The notes below the pieces were generated by a model. That model was not told where the DNA came from and did not search any database. It was given only the letters and a program-made list of their open reading frames with translations. The position numbers were made by a program, and so were the translations under genes. 64,000 bases of DNA from an uncultured archaeon (GTDB lineage Archaea; Thermoplasmatota; Penumbrarchaeia; JASLWR01): contig CAYFHS010000001.1 in the NCBI GenBank assembly GCA_964342815.1, forward strand, positions 147,849 through 211,848. The letters are read 5' to 3'. The first letter of the stretch is position 1. The number at the start of each line of letters is the position of its first letter. Below, one piece after another: positions 59,997 to 64,000 of this stretch.

Positions 59997-60896
59997 ATGA
60001 AGATACCGTATTTTCCCGGATGCACCCTCAAAACAACGGCGAGGAACTTTGACGTCACAGCCAGAGCCGCAGCCAAGATACTGGATGTGGAGTTAGTGGA
60101 GCTGGACAAATGGAATTGCTGTGGAACGGTATACTCATTACTTGCTGACAACCTGATGAATCATCTTGCCCCCGTGAGAAACTTCATAAGGGTGCAGGGT
60201 ATGAAGGATGAAGGGATCATTGATGATGGGAACAAGCTGGTCACATTATGTTCAATGTGTTTCAATACAATGAAGAGTGCGAACCATCGGATGAAAAATT
60301 CACCTGGAGACCTAAGGAAGATCAATGAATTCATGTATCGGGAAAAGGATTATAACAGAAATGTGGAGGTTGTCCACTTTCTAGAACTGATAAAAGAAAT
60401 CGGTTACGAAAAAGTCAGGGAAAAGGTCAGCAAACCTCTCGGGAACATGAAAATTTCCCCGTATTACGGATGCATGTTATTGAGGCCGAAAGAGATATCC
60501 ATCGATGATCCTGAGGACCCTATGATTCTTGAGGAATTAATGACGTCGCTTGGGGCAGTCATTGTGGACAATCCCCTCAAAAAGATGTGTTGTGGGACAT
60601 ACCAGACGGCAAGGGACAAAGGGATAGTGGTACGGTTGGCCGGGGATATTCTTTCCCGCTCGGTATACGAGGGAGCCGATGCAATAATCACCAGCTGCCC
60701 GCTTTGTGCCTTCAATCTCGATGACAGGCAGAAGGATATTGTCCAAAAGGAGCCGACTTTTAAAAAGATTCCTGTATTCTATTTCACCCAGTTGATGGCC
60801 CTGGCCTTCGGCCTTGGCCAGGAAATATGCCTCTTTGATCTGAATTATGTTGATCCCAGGCCGCTGCTACTAGAAAAAGGACTTTTGGAGAGATGA
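59997..60896 (+). CDS. hdrB: Heterodisulfide reductase subunit B (two CCG domains)
   Basis: YFPGC, WNCCG, TLCSMC, YYGC, MCCG, TSCPLC. Confidence 0.9.
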   Translation: MKIPYFPGCTLKTTARNFDVTARAAAKILDVELVELDKWNCCGTVYSLLADNLMNHLAPVRNFIRVQGMKDEGIIDDGNKLVTLCSMCFNTMKSANHRMKNSPGDLRKINEFMYREKDYNRNVEVVHFLELIKEIGYEKVREKVSKPLGNMKISPYYGCMLLRPKEISIDDPEDPMILEELMTSLGAVIVDNPLKKMCCGTYQTARDKGIVVRLAGDILSRSVYEGADAIITSCPLCAFNLDDRQKDIVQKEPTFKKIPVFYFTQLMALAFGLGQEICLFDLNYVDPRPLLLEKGLLER

Positions 60897-61666
60897 CAAA
60901 GGTGGAAATAATGACTAACAATATGGATATCATGGACCGGATCACACAAGCTAACGAATCGGTAATATCCGGGATCGACGCTAAGGATGTCGAGCATTGG
61001 GTGACAATATACATAATGGGAAAGGCATACGAGGTTCCAGCAGGTTTGACCATCATGCAGGCAATGGAGTACGCAGGATACCAGTTCGTGAGATCGGCGG
61101 GATGCCGGGCGGGATTCTGCGGAGCTTGTGCCACTGTATTTCGGAAAAAGGGCAATTACAAACTCTCGTCAGCCATGGCATGTCAGACAGTGGCGGAAGA
61201 GGGAATGTATCTTGTCCAGATTCCCTTTACGCCCGGGGAGAAAGCAATCTACGACATAGGGAAAGAAAGTTACGATGTATCTGTCTTTTTCCGTCACTAC
61301 CCCGAGATTGCGCGATGTTTATCATGCAATACCTGCACAAAAGCATGCCCCCAGGACCTGGAAGTGATGGATTATATACAGGCAGCTATAAGGGGAGATT
61401 TCAGCGATATTGCACACGGTTCTTTCGACTGTATTCAGTGCGGTCTTTGCGCCATGAGATGCCCCGCGGAGATGGTGCAATATCATATAGCCCAGTTGGC
61501 AAGGAGAATGTACGGGCGCTACGGCAATCCGGAACCGGACCATCTAAGGGATAGGTTGAACGAGTTGAAGGAATGTAAATTCGAAGGGGAACTTGATGAA
61601 CTTGTAAAGGCCGATCGAGATGAACTTGCAAGGCGATATGCCCAGCGGGATATGAAAATAAAGTGA
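60893..61666 (+). CDS. SdhB/TfrB-like iron-sulfur protein (2Fe-2S plus 2x4Fe-4S)
   Basis: GCRAGFCGAC...AMAC, CLSCNTCTKACP, CIQCGLCAMRCP. Confidence 0.85.
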   Translation: MTKVEIMTNNMDIMDRITQANESVISGIDAKDVEHWVTIYIMGKAYEVPAGLTIMQAMEYAGYQFVRSAGCRAGFCGACATVFRKKGNYKLSSAMACQTVAEEGMYLVQIPFTPGEKAIYDIGKESYDVSVFFRHYPEIARCLSCNTCTKACPQDLEVMDYIQAAIRGDFSDIAHGSFDCIQCGLCAMRCPAEMVQYHIAQLARRMYGRYGNPEPDHLRDRLNELKECKFEGELDELVKADRDELARRYAQRDMKIK

Positions 61667-61686
61667 TTAGCGGAGGAGGATACGAT

Positions 61687-63348
61687 ATGTCCGAGTTGAA
61701 GTTAATAAGGGGCTACCCCCAGTATATTCGCGAGCTTATAGATGTTGTGAACAGGACCAGGGAGGAACGAGAGAATTTCACACCTCAGGCCATGAGCAAG
61801 GAAGAGAGATTGGATGTTCTGAACAACTATCATCCTGATTTTACACCTGGCGGAAAAAGAAACATAAAATTGGGCCAGAACGCTGGCGATCTCGGTCCTA
61901 ATCCGGTGGTGGATCTTCTTGAAGCTTATCCGCTAATCGAAGAAAGAGAGATCGGTCTTTCGAAGGTGGATCACCGCGTTGACCTCCTGATAATCGGAGG
62001 GGGTCTGGCCGGCACGGCTGCTGCCATATCGGCCAATGAAAATGGAATTCCGGCTGACCGGATTTTACTTGTAAATAAACTGAGGCACGGCGATGCTAAC
62101 TCTATAATGGCGGAGGGTGGAACCCAGGCGGCAGATCTTCCGGAGGATTCCCCGGCCATACATTATCTGGACACCATGGGCGGCGGCCACTATACCAATA
62201 AACCTGACGTTCTCAGAGCTCTCGTTGAAGATGCACCCATGATAATGCATTGGCTCTGTGATATGGGGGCGTTGATCGATCGTGAGGATAACGGAGATTT
62301 TGTCGAGAGGCCCGGAGGGGGCACCTCGAGAAAACGCATGCACGCCTGCCGGGATTACACCGGTTTGGAAGAATTCAGAGTGCTCCGGGACGAGTTCAGG
62401 AATCGAGCTATCCCTTCACTAGAGTATTATCCCGTGATCGAGCTTATAAAAGATACTGAGGGGAAGGTGGCGGGAGGGGTTATCTGGAACTTCGAGACCG
62501 GCGAATACCGTATAGTAAAGGCAAATGCCACGATACTTGCTACTGGAGGTTTCGGGCGGCTTCATATCAGAGGTTTCCCCACCACCAATCACTATGGTGC
62601 AACTTGCGATGGTGTCGTCATCGCTTACCGGGCCGGAGCCAAATTGAGGGACGTGGATACGGTCCAGTATCACCCCACGGGAGCTGCCTACCCGCAGCAA
62701 ATAATAGGGCTTCTTCTGACCGAGAAACTGAGAAGTATGGGCGCACAGCCCGTGAACAAGGATGGGGAAGCATTCGTCTTTCCTCTGGAGCCACGGGATG
62801 TGGAAGCTTCTTCCTTTATAAGAGAATGCTACGAACACGAAAAGGGGATAAAAACTCCCACAGGTATGATGGGGATATGGCTGGATACTCCCTTGATCGA
62901 ACTGAAACACGGAAAAGGCGCTATCGATGCTTCCTTCCCCGGTATGGTGAGGATGTTCGAACGTTTCGGAATCGACATGAAAAAGGATCCAGTACTAGTT
63001 TTCCCCACCCTACATTATCAGAACGGCGGAGTTGAGACGGACCCCAAGGGCCGTAGCACCGTACCCGGACTTTGGGTGGCGGGGGAGGTTTCAGGAGGTG
63101 TGCATGGGAAGAACAGGCTAATGGGGAATTCAACCCTGGACTGCATGGTCTTCGGTAGAAGGGCGGGTATTGATGCAGCGGAATATGTGAGATCGGGAAA
63201 GAAGGCAGGGGAACTGACCCTGGCGCATATCACAGAATATACAAAAATGCTTGAGGAGGCTGGTATAGAACCAGTGAGAAAAGCCCCGATACTATTACCG
63301 GACTACCGAGGGAAGGCGGTGCTGGCGAGAATGATCGACGTGTTTTGA
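61687..63348 (+). CDS. SdhA/TfrA/NadB-family flavoprotein (fumarate-reductase-like)
   Basis: IIGGGLAG, NSIMAEGG, LATGG, QYHPT, TEKLR, PRD, HYQNGG, GEVSGGVHGKNRLMGNS. Confidence 0.88.
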   Translation: MSELKLIRGYPQYIRELIDVVNRTREERENFTPQAMSKEERLDVLNNYHPDFTPGGKRNIKLGQNAGDLGPNPVVDLLEAYPLIEEREIGLSKVDHRVDLLIIGGGLAGTAAAISANENGIPADRILLVNKLRHGDANSIMAEGGTQAADLPEDSPAIHYLDTMGGGHYTNKPDVLRALVEDAPMIMHWLCDMGALIDREDNGDFVERPGGGTSRKRMHACRDYTGLEEFRVLRDEFRNRAIPSLEYYPVIELIKDTEGKVAGGVIWNFETGEYRIVKANATILATGGFGRLHIRGFPTTNHYGATCDGVVIAYRAGAKLRDVDTVQYHPTGAAYPQQIIGLLLTEKLRSMGAQPVNKDGEAFVFPLEPRDVEASSFIRECYEHEKGIKTPTGMMGIWLDTPLIELKHGKGAIDASFPGMVRMFERFGIDMKKDPVLVFPTLHYQNGGVETDPKGRSTVPGLWVAGEVSGGVHGKNRLMGNSTLDCMVFGRRAGIDAAEYVRSGKKAGELTLAHITEYTKMLEEAGIEPVRKAPILLPDYRGKAVLARMIDVF

Positions 63349-63554
63349 GTGTATCCCGTGTCCTTCTGTTTTATATAAACCCGGACCTGGATATCTATCA
63401 ATGGATTCGGTCGATATTTGCCATTGATACACAATAAATATCACCATAGGATCTCAATTTTCTGATAGATTCCAGATTTGTGAAAGACCTGGAGATTTGA
63501 AAGGACAATCTTGAAAAAAATATTGATACTTATTATTTTGAAAAATGCGTTATA

Positions 63555-63998
63555 TTATTTTTTTAATAACTTAATTGTGATGAAAATAAACGAACCAATC
63601 GAAACAAAAATAACACAAAAGATCAGGTATGGTGAAAAAATTAATTTTTCGTCAGTTACTTCTTCCTCATCCCCCTTTTCAACATTCACAACTTTACTGT
63701 TTGATATTTTAATATCTTTTACTTTTTTCTGTCCATTTTGGTTTACCTTCATGTAGTATACTTCCACCTCCCCCGATCTCCTATCGAGCCATACGATATT
63801 CATTGCATTGTCGATATCCAAACAGAATGCCGGATCGAAAGATTTTCCCTTTTTAAACGTTAACTGTTTTTTGGAAAGTACATTATTTCCTGAGAAATCG
63901 CATTTTAACATGAAAAGTTCACTTTTTGATCCAGTATGGTTATACCATACAATACAGACATTCCCGTGCTGATCCACACAAACTGCCGGTTCATAAAC
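63555..63998 (-). CDS. C-terminal part of a membrane-anchored protein with P.I..D..G...IVW repeats (partial, open to the window edge)
   Basis: Frame is open beyond 63977; EPAVCVDQHGNVCIVW and DPAFCLDIDNAMNIVWLDRR repeats; C-terminal TM followed by KK. Confidence 0.65.
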   Translation of the reverse strand, partial: VYEPAVCVDQHGNVCIVWYNHTGSKSELFMLKCDFSGNNVLSKKQLTFKKGKSFDPAFCLDIDNAMNIVWLDRRSGEVEVYYMKVNQNGQKKVKDIKISNSKVVNVEKGDEEEVTDEKLIFSPYLIFCVIFVSIGSFIFITIKLLKK

Positions 63999-64000
63999 AT

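Overview
Probably archaeal DNA; a Thermoplasmatota-like lineage is inferred from BRE/TATA promoters, hdrABC, and large PKD + single-TM + zinc-ribbon surface proteins. The left 28 kb holds a head-to-tail minus-strand array of six complete ~1350-1470 aa paralogous single-pass surface proteins, plus the start of a seventh at the left edge. They share a conserved stalk, a TM helix and a Pro-rich tail ending in a CxxC...CxxC ribbon. Their ~220-aa N-terminal heads are different and often unrelated: class I glutamine-amidotransferase-like folds (one apparently circularly permuted), two beta-propellers, and an olfactomedin (OLF) domain, a family known mainly from animals. Three paralogs carry an in-frame 108-nt palindromic insertion with compensatory base changes. 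An RHH-PIN toxin-antitoxin pair interrupts the array. Two more giant surface proteins follow: 1958 aa with four reelin-like jelly-roll repeats, and ~2035 aa with a NosD-type beta-helix and PKD domains. The rest is central metabolism: acyl-CoA thioesterase, a biotin-dependent acyl-CoA carboxylase, malic enzyme, sucCD, two-subunit fumarase, and hdrABC followed by a fumarate-reductase-like Fe-S/flavoprotein pair. A small accessory patch (DUF3795, nuclease-like, PIN) has attC-like hairpins. All domain calls are by eye from motifs; no searches were run.
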